From Macrostomum lignano (Eukaryota): DNA of 64,000 nucleotides. The stretch covers positions 1-64,000 of the forward strand of contig NIVC01002632.1 in the NCBI GenBank assembly GCA_002269645.1, written 5' to 3'. Numbering within the stretch: the first letter of the stretch is position 1; the number at the start of each line of letters is the position of its first letter. The notes under the pieces were generated by a model. It worked only from the letters and a program-made list of their open reading frames with translations. It ran no database searches and was not told the DNA's origin. The translations under genes were made by a program, and so were the position numbers. Positions 26,827 through 40,282 of this stretch are shown piece after piece.

Positions 26827-29633
26827 TCACCGAACAATTTTAGCCCGGTTCATCCGCCTCTCCTGCTTCTTCTGTTTTTTAGCATCCGCTTCGGTCTCCT
26901 CGGGTGCCGGAGCAAAGAACCATGGGCCAAGGATGTTCACCCAGAGCAGGTAGAACAGGCGGATGGGGACAGCGATGAGCAGGCAGAAGCAGTAAGTGTG
27001 CAGTTGGGCCAGGACCAAGGTGCCCGCAGTCCACAGAAGAACATCCTGCCGGCGATAGGTTGCAGATATAGGATAGTATTATATCTTTTATTATTTATTA
27101 TTTAGTTTTAAATTATATATCTCCGCTTCAAAAAAAGATCTTACCCAATCCTGTCTATGATTTCACTTTTTCGATTAAGAGAACTCATCCATTCTACTAG
27201 AGATCTCACTCATTCTACTAGAGATCTCACCCATTCTACTAGAGAGTTCACCTATTCTACTAGAGAGTTCACTCATTCTACTAGAGAGTTCACCCATTCT
27301 ACTAGAGATCTCACCCATTCTACTAGAGATCTCACCCATTCTACTAGAGATCTCACCCATTCTACTAGAGATCTCACCCATTCTACTAGAGATCTCACCC
27401 ATTCTACTAGAGATCTCACCCATTCTACTAGAGATCTCACTCATTCTACCTGAGATCTCACCCATTCTACTAGAGATCTCACCCATTCTAATAGAGATCT
27501 CCCCCGTTCTACAAAGAGATCTCACCCATTCTATTAGAGATCTCACCCATTCTACTAGAGATCTCACCCATTCTACAAAGAGATCTCACTCATTCTACTA
27601 GAGATCTCACCCATTCTACTAGAGAGTTCACCTATTCTATTAGAGATCTCACCCATTATACTTGAGATCTCACCCATTCTACTAGAGATCTCACCCATTC
27701 TAATAGAGATCTCACCCGTTCTATTAAAGATCTCACCCATTCTACAAAGAGATCTCACCCATTCTATTAGAGATCTCACTCATTCTACTAGAGATCTCAC
27801 CCATTCTACAAAGAGATCGCACCCATTCTACAAAGAGATCTTATTCATTCTACTTGAGATCTCACCCATTCTATTAGAGATCTCACCCATTCTACAAAGA
27901 GATCTCACCCATTCTATTAGAGATCTCACTCATTCTACTAGAGATCTCACCCATTCTACAAAGAGATCGCACCCATTCTACAAAGAGATCTTATTCATTC
28001 TACTTGAGATCTCACCCCTTCTATTAGAGATCTCACCCATTCTACAAAGAGATCTCACCAATTCTACGAAGAGATCTCACCCATTCTACTAGAGATCTCA
28101 CTCATTCTACTTGAGATCTCACCCATTCTACTAGACATCTCACCCATTCTATTAGAGATCTCACCCATTCTACAAAAGAGATCGCACCCATTCTACAAAG
28201 AGATCTTATTCATTCTACTTGAGATCTCACACATTCTATTAGAGATCTCACCCATTCTACAAAGAGATCTCACCAATTCTACGAAGAGATCTCACCCATT
28301 CTACTAGAGAGTTCACCTATTCTACTAGAGAGTTCACTCATTCTACTAGAGAGTTCACCCATTCTACTAGAGATCTCACCCATTCTACTGGAGATCTTAC
28401 CCATTCTACTAGAGATCTCACCCATTCTACTAGAGATATCACCCATTCTACAAAGAGATCTCACTCATTCTACTAGAGATCTCACTCATTCTACTAGAGA
28501 TCTCACCCATTCTACAAAGAGATCTCACTCATTCTACTAGAGATCTCACTCATTCTACTAGAGATCTCACCCATTCTACTAGAGAGTTCACCTATTCTAT
28601 TAGAGATCTCACCCATTCTAATAGAGATCTCACCCGTTCTATTAAAGATCTCACCCATTCTACAAAGAGATCTCACCCATTCTATTAGAGATCTCACCCA
28701 TTCTACTAGAGATCTCACCCATTCTACAAAGAGATCTCACTCATTCTACTAGAGATCTCACTCATTCTACTAGAGATCTCACCCATTCTACTAGAGAGTT
28801 CACCTATTCTATTAGAGATCTCACCCATTCTACTTGAGATCTCACCCATTCTACTAGAGATCTCACCCATTCTACTTGAGATCTCACCCATTCTACTAGA
28901 CATCTCACCCATTCTATTAGAGATCTCACCCATTCTACAAAGAGATCGCACCCATTCTACAAAGAGATCTTATTCATTCTACTTGAGATCTCACACATTC
29001 TATTAGAGATCTCACCCATTCTACAAAGAGATCTCACCAATTCTACGATGAGATCTCACCCATTCTACTAGAGAGTTCACCTATTCTACTAGAGAGTTCA
29101 CTCATTCTACTAGAGAGTTCACCCATTCTACTAGAGATCTCACCCATTCTACAAAGAGATCTCACCCATTCTACTAGAGAACTCAACCATTCTACTGGAG
29201 ATCTCACCCATTCTACTAGAGAACTCAACCATTCTACTGGAGATCTCACCCATTCTACTGGAGATCTTACCCATTCTACTAGAGATCTCAGCCATTCTAC
29301 TAGAAAATAACAAATTACCTTAAAGTGCTCAGCCATGCCGTGCTCCATATTTAAATCCTGACCGGCATCAACCAGCTGCCCAGTAGGGGAATAAGTGGCC
29401 GCTGACATGCTAGACATCACTTTGTACATTCCGCCTAGTAGAGCTTCGCACACGATAATAAGCGCCAAATGCCAATTAGATATTGAAGACCAAAATAACA
29501 GAGTGCAAGGCAAAGCGAACGCATTGACGCCGAGGATAATGCGTTGATAGAGCTGCAAAGTTGACGCGTTCTCTTCCGTGATTTGTTTCTGGCCTCGGGT
29601 GGCCGTTTTGCCCGGCTTGGTTGTTGCTTTCAT
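26827..29633 (-). CDS. TMEM208: Transmembrane protein 208 (SND2 family); exons 29633-29319 and 27045-26827 (~177 aa)
   Basis: TRGQKQITEEN, GQLVDAGQDLNMEHGMAEHFK|DVLL, LLWVNILGPWF and basic tail KKQERR; phase-0 intron AAG|GTAATT...GGCAG|GAT. Confidence 0.92.
27185..29303. repeat. 21-bp minisatellite (AGAGATCTCACCCATTCTACT), about 100 units, filling the TMEM208 intron
   Basis: Continuous periodicity with recurrent variant blocks. Confidence 0.95.
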
Positions 29634-30139
29634 GCCCGCCGCTGCGGGGGAAGACACGCGGTTTAAAATTTTTTTCTTATAAATTCCATTTCTTCTACTT
29701 ATCAGTAGACAAGTAAAACATTTTATTAACTTTTTTTGTATTTTCGATTCAAAAAGCCAAGCATAAGAATATTTTTTCGCAGGATAGACAAATTAAACAG
29801 ATAATAAGTCTTTATTATTTACTATAATATTTAATTTTTATATTCTACACAGATTATTTTACAAGGCATCAGAATAATTGTGAAAACCAAGGCGTACATA
29901 CAGATTAAAACTATACAATTACAAAACTGTATCAAGTGTTTCTCAGAGTATTCATATTGCATGTTCAATAACTATTGTATGCTACAGGTCATCAAAACGC
30001 ATATAGGATCTATTCAAGTATAAGGGGCAGACATACACAGACTGAAATACAGAGCTGTAATATCAAAAATACTGAACTCTATTTATCTCTTTCCAAATGA
30101 GTACAGAATATAACGCAATGAGCTTGGCTATGCTCAACG

Positions 30140-32040
30140 GGACACTGATAAACACCCCAGCTTTATCTAATAAGACACTGATAAACACCCCAGCTTTATC
30201 CAATAAGACACTGATAAACACCCAAGCTTTACCCAATTAGACACTGAAAACACCCCAGCTTTATCTAATAAGACACTGATAAACACCCCAGCTTTATCTA
30301 ATAAGACACTGATAAACACCCAGCTTTATCTAATAAGACACTGATAAACACCCCAGCTTTATCCAATAAGACACTGATAAACACCCCAGCTTTATCTAAT
30401 AAGACACTGATAAACACCCCAGCTTTATCCAATAAGACACTGATAAACACCCAAGCTTTACCCAATTAGACACTGAAAACACCCCAGCTTTATCTAATAA
30501 GACACTGATAAACACCCCAGCTTTATCTAATAAGACACTGATAAACACCCCAGCTTTATCCAATAAGACACTGATAAACACCCCAGCTTTATCTAATAAG
30601 ACACTGATAAACACCCCAGCTTTATCTAATAAGACACTGATAAACACCCCAGCTTTATCTAATAAGACACTGATAAACACCCCAGCTTTATCTAATAAGA
30701 CACTGATAAACACCCCAGCTTTATCTAATAAGACACTGATAAACACCCCAGCTTTATCCAATAAGACACTGATAAACACCCCAGCTTTATCTAATAAGAC
30801 ACTGATAAACACCCCAGCTTTATCTAATAAGACACTGATAAACACCCCAGCTTTATCTAAAGACACTGATAAACACCCCAGCTTTATCCAACAAGACACT
30901 GATAAACACCCCAGCTTTATCCAATTAGACACTGATAAACACCCCAGCTTTATCCAATAAGACACTGATAAACACCCCAGCTTTATCCAATAAGACACTG
31001 ATAAACACCCAAGCTTTACCCAATTAGACACTGAAAACACCCCAGCTTTATCTAATAAGACACTGATAAACACCCCAGCTTTATCTAATAAGACACTGAT
31101 AAACACCCCAGCTTTATCTAATAAGACACTGATAAACACCCCAGCTTTATCCAATAAGACACTGATAAACATCCCAGCTTTATCTAATAAGACACTGATA
31201 AACACCCCAGCTTTATCTAATAAGACACTGATAAACACCCCAGCTTTATCTAATAAGACACTGATAAACACCCCAGCTTTATCCAATAAGACACTGATAA
31301 ACACCCCAGCTTTATCTAATAAGACACTGATAAACACCCCAGCTTTATCTAATAAGACACTGATAAACACCCCAGCTTTATCCAAAAAGACACTGATAAA
31401 CACCCCAGCTTTATCCAACAAGACACTGATAAACACCCCAGCTTTATCCAATTAGACACTGATAAACACCCCAGCTTTATCCAATAAGACACTGATAAAC
31501 ACCCCAGCTTTATCCAATAAGACACTGATAAACACCCCAGCTTTATCTAATAAGACACTGATAAACACCCCAGCTTTATCCAATAAGACACTGATAAACA
31601 CCCCAGCTTTATCTAATAAGACACTGATAAACACCCCAGCTTTATCTAATAAGACACTGATAAACACCCCAGCTTTATCCAAAAAGACACTGATAAACAC
31701 CCCAGCTTTATCCAACAAGACACTGATAAACACCCCAGCTTTATCCAATTAGACACTGATAAACACCCCAGCTTTATCCAATAAGACACTGATAAACACC
31801 CCAGCTTTATCCAATAAGACACTGATAAACACCCCAGCTTTATCTAATAAGACACTGATAAACACCCCAGCTTTATCCAATAAGACACTGATAAACACCC
31901 CAGCTTTATCTAATAAGACACTGATAAACACCCCAACTTTATTTAATAAGACACTAATAAACACCCAGATTTATTCAATAAGACGCTATAAACACCCAGA
32001 TTTATCTAATAAGACTGATAAACATCCAGCTTTATCCAAC
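30140..32040. repeat. 33-bp minisatellite (AAGACACTGATAAACACCCCAGCTTTATCTAAT), about 57 units
   Basis: Continuous periodicity; the (LLDKAGVFISV)n ORFs are its translation. Confidence 0.95.
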
Positions 32041-32098
32041 GAGAAGGTTTCAAAGGACACAATGAACTCTAAATCTACTAGCAAAAACTATTAATTAA

Positions 32099-35000
32099 CT
32101 AGAAAGCGACGCCCCAAGCTCCCTCAGCTGCCCGTTGAAATTCGCCATCCTCATCAGCATCATCGCAGCTGTCCTCATCGCTGGGCCTGGCCAGCGGCAG
32201 TTCGTCAGCTTCAGCCAGCTGTCTGCACACGGCCGGATCCGTGGCGAACAGACTGATTCCAGACTTGTACGCGGCCGGCAGGCACACGTGATGCGCCCAT
32301 TTCGGTCGGAAGCCATCGAATCCTTTGTGCTTGAATTCGCGCAGAGTGCAGATTACCTGTTTTAGTGTTTTTTGGGATTTAGCCATTTTATAGTGTATAG
32401 ATGCGTTACACCCTACTGACAAGAAAAAGACGCGCATTTATTTGCCGAAGCATAACGAGATACCATCCTTAAATTTTGAACTTTGTCGCCTGTGAACTTC
32501 GTGTCTGTCTGTGAACTTCGTGTCTGCCTGTGAAGTCTGTCTGCCTGTGAACTCTGTGTCTACCTGTGAAGTCTGTGTCTGCCTGTGAAGTCTGTGTCTG
32601 CCTGTGAACTCTGTGTCTGCCTGTGAACTCTGTGTCTGTCTGTGAACTTCGTGTCTGCCTGTGAACTTCGTTTCTGCCTGTGAACTTCGTGTCTGCCTGT
32701 GAACTCTGTGTCTGCCTGTGAACTCTGTGTCTGCCTGTGAACTCTGTGTCTGCCTGTGAACTCTGTGTCTGCCTGTGAACTCTGTGTCTGCCTGTGAACT
32801 CTGTGTCTGCCTGTGAACTCTGTGTCTGCCTGTGAACTTCGTGTCTGCCCGTGAACTGTCTGCCTGTGAACTCTGTGTCTGCCTGTGAACTCTGTGTCTG
32901 CCTGTGAACTCTGTGTCTGCCTGTGAACTCTGTGTCTGCCTGTGAGCTCTGTGTATAGCATAATACACGTGAAAAAGCTAAGCATTCAGCTCCAACTCTC
33001 ACCTGCCCCAGCACATTCATGCTGGTCCATCTGGGATCAGGCTGATTAGCCAAAGGCGTTAAATCGTCGTTATTAGTCCAGACTTTGCAGACGTCAGCTT
33101 TGCGCACTAACAGTACGGATTCGCTGCAGAGCTGGGCGCTTAGACTGGGCCAGGTGAGCAGGCTGTGAGGATTCGTGAGATGCACACCTATGGGATGCAA
33201 GGGTTTAAGTTTAAATAAATAGACAATAAATTTATTATTAATTATATGAAAAGAATTCTTTTGACGCGGATAAGGGACTACCAAAACACTGAGGGGTGGA
33301 AAAGTGTTATTCGAATAATGCATTTGCTCAGAAGCTGGGATCAGGATATGGGATTAAGATAGAATGTGGGGATCAGATCGAGATATTTTAAATCAGGATG
33401 TTGCAAACGGGATGTTAGGATTAGGATGCTGGGATTACGACAGTTGGGATCAGGATTTTGGAATCAGGATGGTTGGATCAGGACGTTAGGATTAGGACAG
33501 GTGGGATTAGGATAGTTGTGATAAGGATATTTGGGATCAGGATATTTGGGATCAGGATTTTGGAATCAGGATCATAGTTGGGATCAGGACAGTTGGGATC
33601 AGGACAGTTAGGATCAGGATAGTTGGGATCAGGACAGTTGGGATCAGGAAAGTTGGGATCAGGATCATAGTTGGGATCAGGACAGTTGGGATCAGGACAG
33701 TTAGTATCAGGATAGTTGGGATCAGGACAGTTGGGATCAGGACAGTTGGGATCAGGACAGTCGGGATCAGGACAGTCGGGATTAGGACAGTTGGGATCAG
33801 GACAGTTAGGATCAGGACAGTTGGGATTAGGACAGTTGGGATCAGGACAGTTGGGATCAGGATAGTTGGGATCAGGACAGTTGGGATCAGGACAGTTGGG
33901 ATCAGGATTTTGGAATCAGGATCATAGTTGGGATTAGGACAGTTGGGATCAGGATAGTTGGGATCAGGATAGTTGGGATCAGGATAGTTGGGATCAGGAT
34001 AGTTGGGATCAGGATAGTTGGGATCAGGATAGTTGGGATCAGGATAGTTGGGATCAGGACAGTTGGGATTAGGACAGTTGGGATCAGGACAGTTGGGATC
34101 AGGATAGTTGGGATCAGGACAGTTGGGATCAGGATTTTGGAATCAGGATCATAGTTGGGATTAGGACAGTTGGGATCAGGATAGTTGGGATCAGGATAGT
34201 TGGGATCAGGATAGTTGGGATCAGGATAGTTGGGATCAGGATAGTTGGGATCAGGACGCGTGTTTTAGAGCCGCCATATCACCTTCGTGAGTGACGCCGT
34301 ACACCATCTGGTGATGCCAGGCGTCCGCGACAACGCGAGAACCGTTGCCTCCACCAGCGCCAGCAGCTGCAGTGGCGGCGGCGCCGTCGGCAGACGGAGA
34401 GGCGACACCGGTAGAGACGGCAGCGCCGCCAATCACCTGAGGATTGAGCGTCACTATGGCAACGGCGCCCCGACGCATCCAGTCGGATAGCCAGCGATGC
34501 AAACCGTTTCTGCCTGGCAGGTTGGTTATATCAGGTTAGAGTGTGGGATTGGGATCATATGAGAACGTAGTTTGAGGATTCAGAATGTGGGAAAATTTAA
34601 TTAGATAGAATGAACAGAGTATGGGATTAGGGTGTGGGATCATAAATTGCAGTGTGAGCTCAGAGTGTGGGATCAGAGTGTGAGCTCAGAGTGTGGGATC
34701 AGAGTGTGAGCTCAGAGTGTGGGATCAGAGTGTGAGCTCAGAGTGTGGGATCAGAGTGTGAGCTCAGAGTGTGGGATCAGAGTGTGAGCTCAGAGTGTGG
34801 GATCAGAGTGTGAGCTTAGAGTGTGGGATCAGAGTGTGAGCTCAGAGTGTGGGATCAGAGTGTGAGCTTAGAGTGTGGGATCAGAGTGTGAGCTCAGAGT
34901 GTGGGATCAGAGTGTGAGCTCAGAGTGTGGGATCAGAGTGTGGGATCAGAGTGTGGGATCAGAGTGTGAGCTCAGAGTGTGGGATCAGAGTGTGGGATCA

Positions 35001-38000
35001 GAGCGTGAGCTCAGAGTGTAGGATCAGAGTGTTGGATCAGAGTGTGGTATCAGAGTGTGGGATCAGAGTGTGGGATCAGAGCGTGAGCTCAGAGTGTGGG
35101 ATCAGAGTGTGAGCTTAGAGTGTGGGATCAGAGTGTGAGCTCAGAGTGTGGGATCAGAGCGTGAGCTCAGAGTGTAGGATCAGAGTGTTGGATCAGAGTG
35201 TGGTATCAGAGTGTGGGATCAGAGTGTGAGCTCAGAGTGTGGTATCAGAGTGTGGGATCAGAGTGTGGGATCAGAGTGTGGGATCAGAGTGTGGGATCAG
35301 AGCGTGAGCTCAGAGTGTGGGATCAGAGTGTGAGCTCAGAGTGTGGGATCAGAGTGTGAGCTCAGAGTGTGGGATCAGAGTGTGGGATCAGAGTGTGGGA
35401 TCAGAGTGTGAGCTCAGAGTGTGGGATCAGAGTGTGGGATCAGAGCGTGAGCTCAGAGTGTAGGATCAGAGTGTTGGATCAGAGTGTGGTATCAGAGTGT
35501 GGGATCAGAGTGTGGGATCAGAGCGTGAGTTCAGAGTGTGGGATCAAAGTGTGGGATGAGAGTGTGAGATAAGAGTGTTGGATTAATGTGAGATCAGAGT
35601 GTGGGAGATCAGAGTGTGAGAATCATAGTGTGAGATCAGAGTGTTGGATCAGTGTGGGATTAATGTGAGATCAGAGTGTGAGGTCAGAGTGTGAGATCAG
35701 AGTGTGAGATCAGTGTGTTGGATCAGTGTGGGATTAATGTGAGATCAGAGTGTGAGGTCAGAGTGTGAGATCAGAGTGTGAGATCAGAGTGTTGGATCAG
35801 TGTGGGATTAATGTGAGATCAGAGTGTGGTATCAGAGTGTGGTATCAGAGTGTGAGATCAGAGTGTGAGATCAGAGTGTGAGATCAGAGTGTTGGATCAG
35901 TGTGGGATTAATGTGAGATCAGAGTGTGAGAATCATAGTGTGGGAATCATAGTGTGAGATCAGAGTGTGAGATCAGAGTGTGAGATCAGAGTGTGAGATC
36001 AGAGTGTTGGATCAGTGTGGGATTAATGTGAGATCAGAGTGTGGGAATCCTAGTGTGGGATCCTACTAACCTGGCAGCTTCCTCCTTGGATGGCAGGCAA
36101 AGAACCTTGCCCGCACTCGGCCGTTAGTGAACCGCTGCACTCCGTCAATCAACTCCTGGGCTGTGGTGCCAGCCCGCGCCCTGGACAGCAAGTAGGCGGT
36201 CAGGCCGGCATTGTGTACTCGAAGCGAAGCCGGCACAGCGGCAGACAGCTCCACTGGATCGACATCAATGCCCAGCGCTTTCATTGCGCAGATAAGTGCA
36301 GCCGGACCGCACGAACTCGGACCCAGTTTACCAACGCCGCTGGCTCCTCCGCTTCCTAGCAACTGTAGCTCGACGTGCTGCGCTTCGGTTGGACTCCACA
36401 GCCAGTACTGCGATCGGCTGGTATCGGCCGCCTCTTTTCTTCTGCTGCTGAAGCGTTGCTGCTGCTGCTGTTGCTCATGCTGTCTCGGCTGCTTTGGCGC
36501 CGTTGCGGCGCTTAAATTATTAATACCAGCTGCGACAGTAGCGGCGGCGCCAGTGTCATTGGCTGCGCTTGGCGCCGTGGTGCTACTGCCGCCGCCGCTG
36601 CTGAGGTCATTCAAATAGTCGAGTCCCTGCCAGATGTTGGCGGTTGGGGCGGCGGTGGCGGGGAAGTCGGAAGACGTGGTGGCGGTGGCAGATGCCGCGT
36701 TTGCTGCGGCTGCAGAGGCGGCTGCTGCTGCTACGGCTGCGGCGTTGGCGGCGGCGGCAGCTGATAATGCCATGGCCATTGTTAGCGGTTCGGCTGAGTA
36801 CCGGTCGTAGCCCAGGGCTGCTGCTGGAATAATTATTAGTCTTTGTAACGAATCTCCCCATGAGAGTCTGAGACTTGCCCCAATGTCAAGATCTTCCCCC
36901 TGAGAGTCTGAGACTTGCCCCAATGTCAAGAATCTTCCCCCCTGAGAGTCTGAGACTTGCCCCAGCCCCAATGTCAAGAATTTTCCCCCTGAGGGTCTGA
37001 GATTTGCACCAATGTCAAGAATCTCCCTCTGAGAGTCTGAGACTTGCCCCAATGTCAAGATCTTCCCCCTGAGAGTCTGAGACTTGCCCCAATGTCAAGA
37101 TCTTCCCCCTGATGAGACTTCTGAGCACCTGTCAAGAATCTCCCCAATGTCAAGAATCTTCCCCCTGAGTGTCTGAGTCTGAGAATTTTCCCCCTGAGGG
37201 TCTGAGATTTGCACCAATGTCAAGAATCTCCCTCTGAGAGTCTGAGACTTGCTCCAATGCCAAGAATCTCCCCTGAGAGTTTGAGACTTGTCCCAACGTC
37301 AAGAATCTTCCCCCTGAGAGTCTGAGACTTGTCCCAACGTCAAGAATCCCCCACTGAGAGTCTGAGACTTGTCCCAACGCCAAAAATCCTTCACTAAGAG
37401 TCTGACTTGCCTCAATATTCACAATATCAAGAATCTCCCCCTGAGAGTCTGAGACTTGCTCCAATGCCAAGAATCTCCCCTGAGAGTTTGAGACTTGTCC
37501 CAACGTCAAGAATCCCCCCACTGAGAGTCTGAGACTTGTCCCAACGTCAAGAATCCCCCAACTGAGAGTCTGAGACTTGTACCAACGTCAAGAATCCCCC
37601 AACTGAGAGTCTGAGACTTGTCCCAACGTCAAGAATCCCCCCACTGAGAGTTTGAGACTTGTCCCAACGTCAAGAATCCCCCCACGGAGAGTCTGAGACT
37701 TGTCCCAACGTCAAGAATCCCCCAACTGAGAGTCTGAGACTTGTACCAACGTCAGGAACCCCTTCCCCACTAAGATTCTGACTTGCCCTAATATTCACAA
37801 TATCAAGAATCTAGCCCATGAGAATCTGAGACTTGCCCCAATGTCAAGAACCAATGCCAGCCCACTAAAACAGCGGCAGACTCACCATCTCCCAGACCGC
37901 CAACATTGTCATTCTCATCCGATGTATCCACGTGCTCGTCAATCTCAGCATCTGCAGACCCTAACGCAGCGGCATCATGGCCCGTCACATTGTTACCGTG

Positions 38001-38486
38001 CCTGCTGACTAACTCAACAACACCCGCCCCACCAGCGGCACCAGCATTATTATCCTCATTATCTTCATCTTCGGCTCCATTAACATCGATATCGATAAAA
38101 TCTCCCATAGCTTCGGTGACAGGTCCCTGCTGATTGGCTAACAAGGCTCCTGCTGCTGCTGCACCCGCAGCCGCTGCGGGACCCCCCATGGCGTTGTTGG
38201 CTCTGGCAGCGACGGCATTCCTCACGGGACCCGCAGCGCCGCCTACAGCCGCCGGCTCCCTGCCATGCTCTTGACCATCTAGCAGCTCCTGGCGCGGATC
38301 GGCACGACGCCAAACTAGAACGGCCTCCTCATCTAGACTGTTGTTATCATCGTCTGACAGGTTGGCGGCATCATTGTCCTGATCGTTGCCATGGGCAACA
38401 GCCATCACTGCTCGCTGGGGGGACTGCTGTCTATCAGTAGCATTGAACTGTTGTTGCAAGAAATTCATATGTTGAGCATTGGGCAT
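32099..38486 (-). CDS. Uncharacterised protein with low-complexity N-terminus and papain-like (peptidase C39/BIVM-like) C-terminal domain; exons 38486-37886, 36823-36071, 34513-34283, 33187-33003, 32356-32099 (~675 aa)
   Basis: Five exons join in frame with GT..AG ends (phases 1,1,1,0). Motifs GPSSCGPAAL, DAWHHQMVYG, HLTNP. The start codon is uncertain. Confidence 0.75.
32482..32945. repeat. 19-bp minisatellite (GCCTGTGAACTCTGTGTCT) in intron 4 of the papain-like gene
   Basis: Tandem periodicity. Confidence 0.93.
33400..34255. repeat. 15-bp minisatellite (GGGATCAGGA[C/T]AGTT) in intron 3
   Basis: Tandem periodicity; degenerate at the left end. Confidence 0.93.
34655..36060. repeat. 13-bp minisatellite (CAGAGTGTGGGAT / CAGAGTGTGAGCT / CAGAGTGTGAGAT) in intron 2
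   Basis: Alternating 13-bp variants with positional gradient of variant types. Confidence 0.93.
36855..37845. repeat. ~40-bp minisatellite (TGAGAGTCTGAGACTTGTCCCAACGTCAAGAATCCCCCAC) in intron 1
   Basis: Tandem 38-41-bp periodicity. Confidence 0.92.
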
Positions 38487-39061
38487 CAACAGAGGTTTTA
38501 TAATAGTTTCCTAGTTTAATGTTAATTATAATCCATTAGAGCTACTATATACAGTATATGCAACCTCACATAGCTGTGCAACTTAGTTTTTCACAAAAAA
38601 TTTAACATACCACAATTTTAATTCACCCTTTGAATGTGACTCTTATTAACATATAATTACATTTAGCCTTTAGCTTCAGACTTTGATTTTGCAAAAATTG
38701 AACTAAACTTTTTTATCATGGCTAGTTGTAATTTGCTCTATATTTCATGTTGTTATTTAAATTAAAATACAAATTGCAAAATCGTGGAGCATTTAAGTGA
38801 AAAAGTTTGTTGCCTAGTTCAACCACCTTTTGAAGTGTTTTATTTGAGTCTAAATAAGTCATAAGCAATAAAAACATGAGCATGAATGTGTAAAAGAGTA
38901 ACTATAGTTTATATTTACTAGTATTACCAAGTATCTAGTTTGTAACAAAATGGATAACAGCTGTTTGTAACTTTTGGTATCAATCTTATAAATTCATTGA
39001 AAGTTCCATCAAAAGTATAATTGCCATTAATTACTTGTTTTATGTCTTAGTAGTTGTAGAT

Positions 39062-39431
39062 CAGGGGTCAGCAATATTTTCAGAGCAAGGGCAAAATAGT
39101 CAAATTTTCAAAGGCTTAGAGGCCAATAATATAGAACTAAAAAACCATTAAAATTCCCTCACTGCAAAAAAACTGTCTTTTTCTTTTTTTCTCACTCTAA
39201 TCCTAATAACCACCCCTTTGGAAACATTTAGACATACAGCCAATCTACTTTCTCCCACAGAAGGCCACCATAGGATAGGGATTATAAAGGCAAAAGCAAG
39301 AGAAAATTAAGTGAAAGCTCAGGGGGGTGGATGCAATTCTAGATCATCAAGGGCCTTGGGGGCTAGATTAGAAGGCTTTGTTTGGGGAGGGGGGCAGATC
39401 TGGCCCTAGGGCTAGAGGTTGCTGACCCTTG
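39062..39431. mobile_element. Non-autonomous hAT (Charlie-like) MITE, 370 bp
   Basis: TIRs CAGGGGTCAGCAA / TTGCTGACCCTTG; 8-bp TSD TTGTAGAT / TTGTAAAT (one mismatch). Confidence 0.7.
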
Positions 39432-40198
39432 TTGTAAATAATGATTCAAAAAATAAATAAAAGTATAGTGAATTAATTGCAAACTTAATAATACAATTAT
39501 GTGGCCTACAAATACAAGCTTATAAGCCCTATTGGAAGAAGATAACAAATTGCAGATAGCCATCTGTCATATTTTCAATATTTTCTAGTGTTACTAAAAT
39601 TACTTTGAATATAGTTTTAGAATTTTTAATTTATTTTCTAGGTTTTCGCATAGATCATTTATCTATTTTTTGCCATGTTTTATTGTTTTTTTAATTGTAA
39701 ATTATTATGTCATGCTGCACTTTTTTCATTCTTTTGACTTGTGTATTGCATATTTGGGCTACTTGCCTTATTTATTCACTTGCCTTAATTTGGGCTAACT
39801 GACTTAAGATATTTATTAAACTAAAAAAGCTTTTTTAAATAGAAGAATCTTTTCAGTGAATAAATAGGTATAGGTGTTTCTTGTTTTCTATTTTGGTTTA
39901 CATTTTTACCATATGCCAGTGCAATGGCATACAAATTTACTATGGCATAAGTATTTTGATATACTGGATATATACTGCCAAGCATATTTTAGGTCCACTG
40001 TATATATGCTAGAATTTTCTTTCTTCTAGAATGCTAGAATGGTAGAAGATTTGAAAGTGGGATAATAGGCTATATTCATTTTACAAAGCCTTTCTAGTTA
40101 GCTCTCAAGTCCTATAAAACTTCACAATAATAATCCCACCCTTTAAATATTTATATCACTTCTTAGCATTCTTTCTTTCTCTTTTCTTTATTACATTG

Positions 40199-40204
<6 letters not shown>

Positions 40205-40278
<74 letters not shown>
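40205..40278. repeat. (CT)n microsatellite
   Basis: Perfect dinucleotide run. Confidence 0.97.

Positions 40279-40282
<4 letters not shown>

Noticed and set aside
30396-31964. 351-aa (LLDKAGVFISV)n protein and neighbouring ORFs
   Set aside because: Translation of a 33-bp minisatellite with frame-breaking 32-bp units; no coding context.
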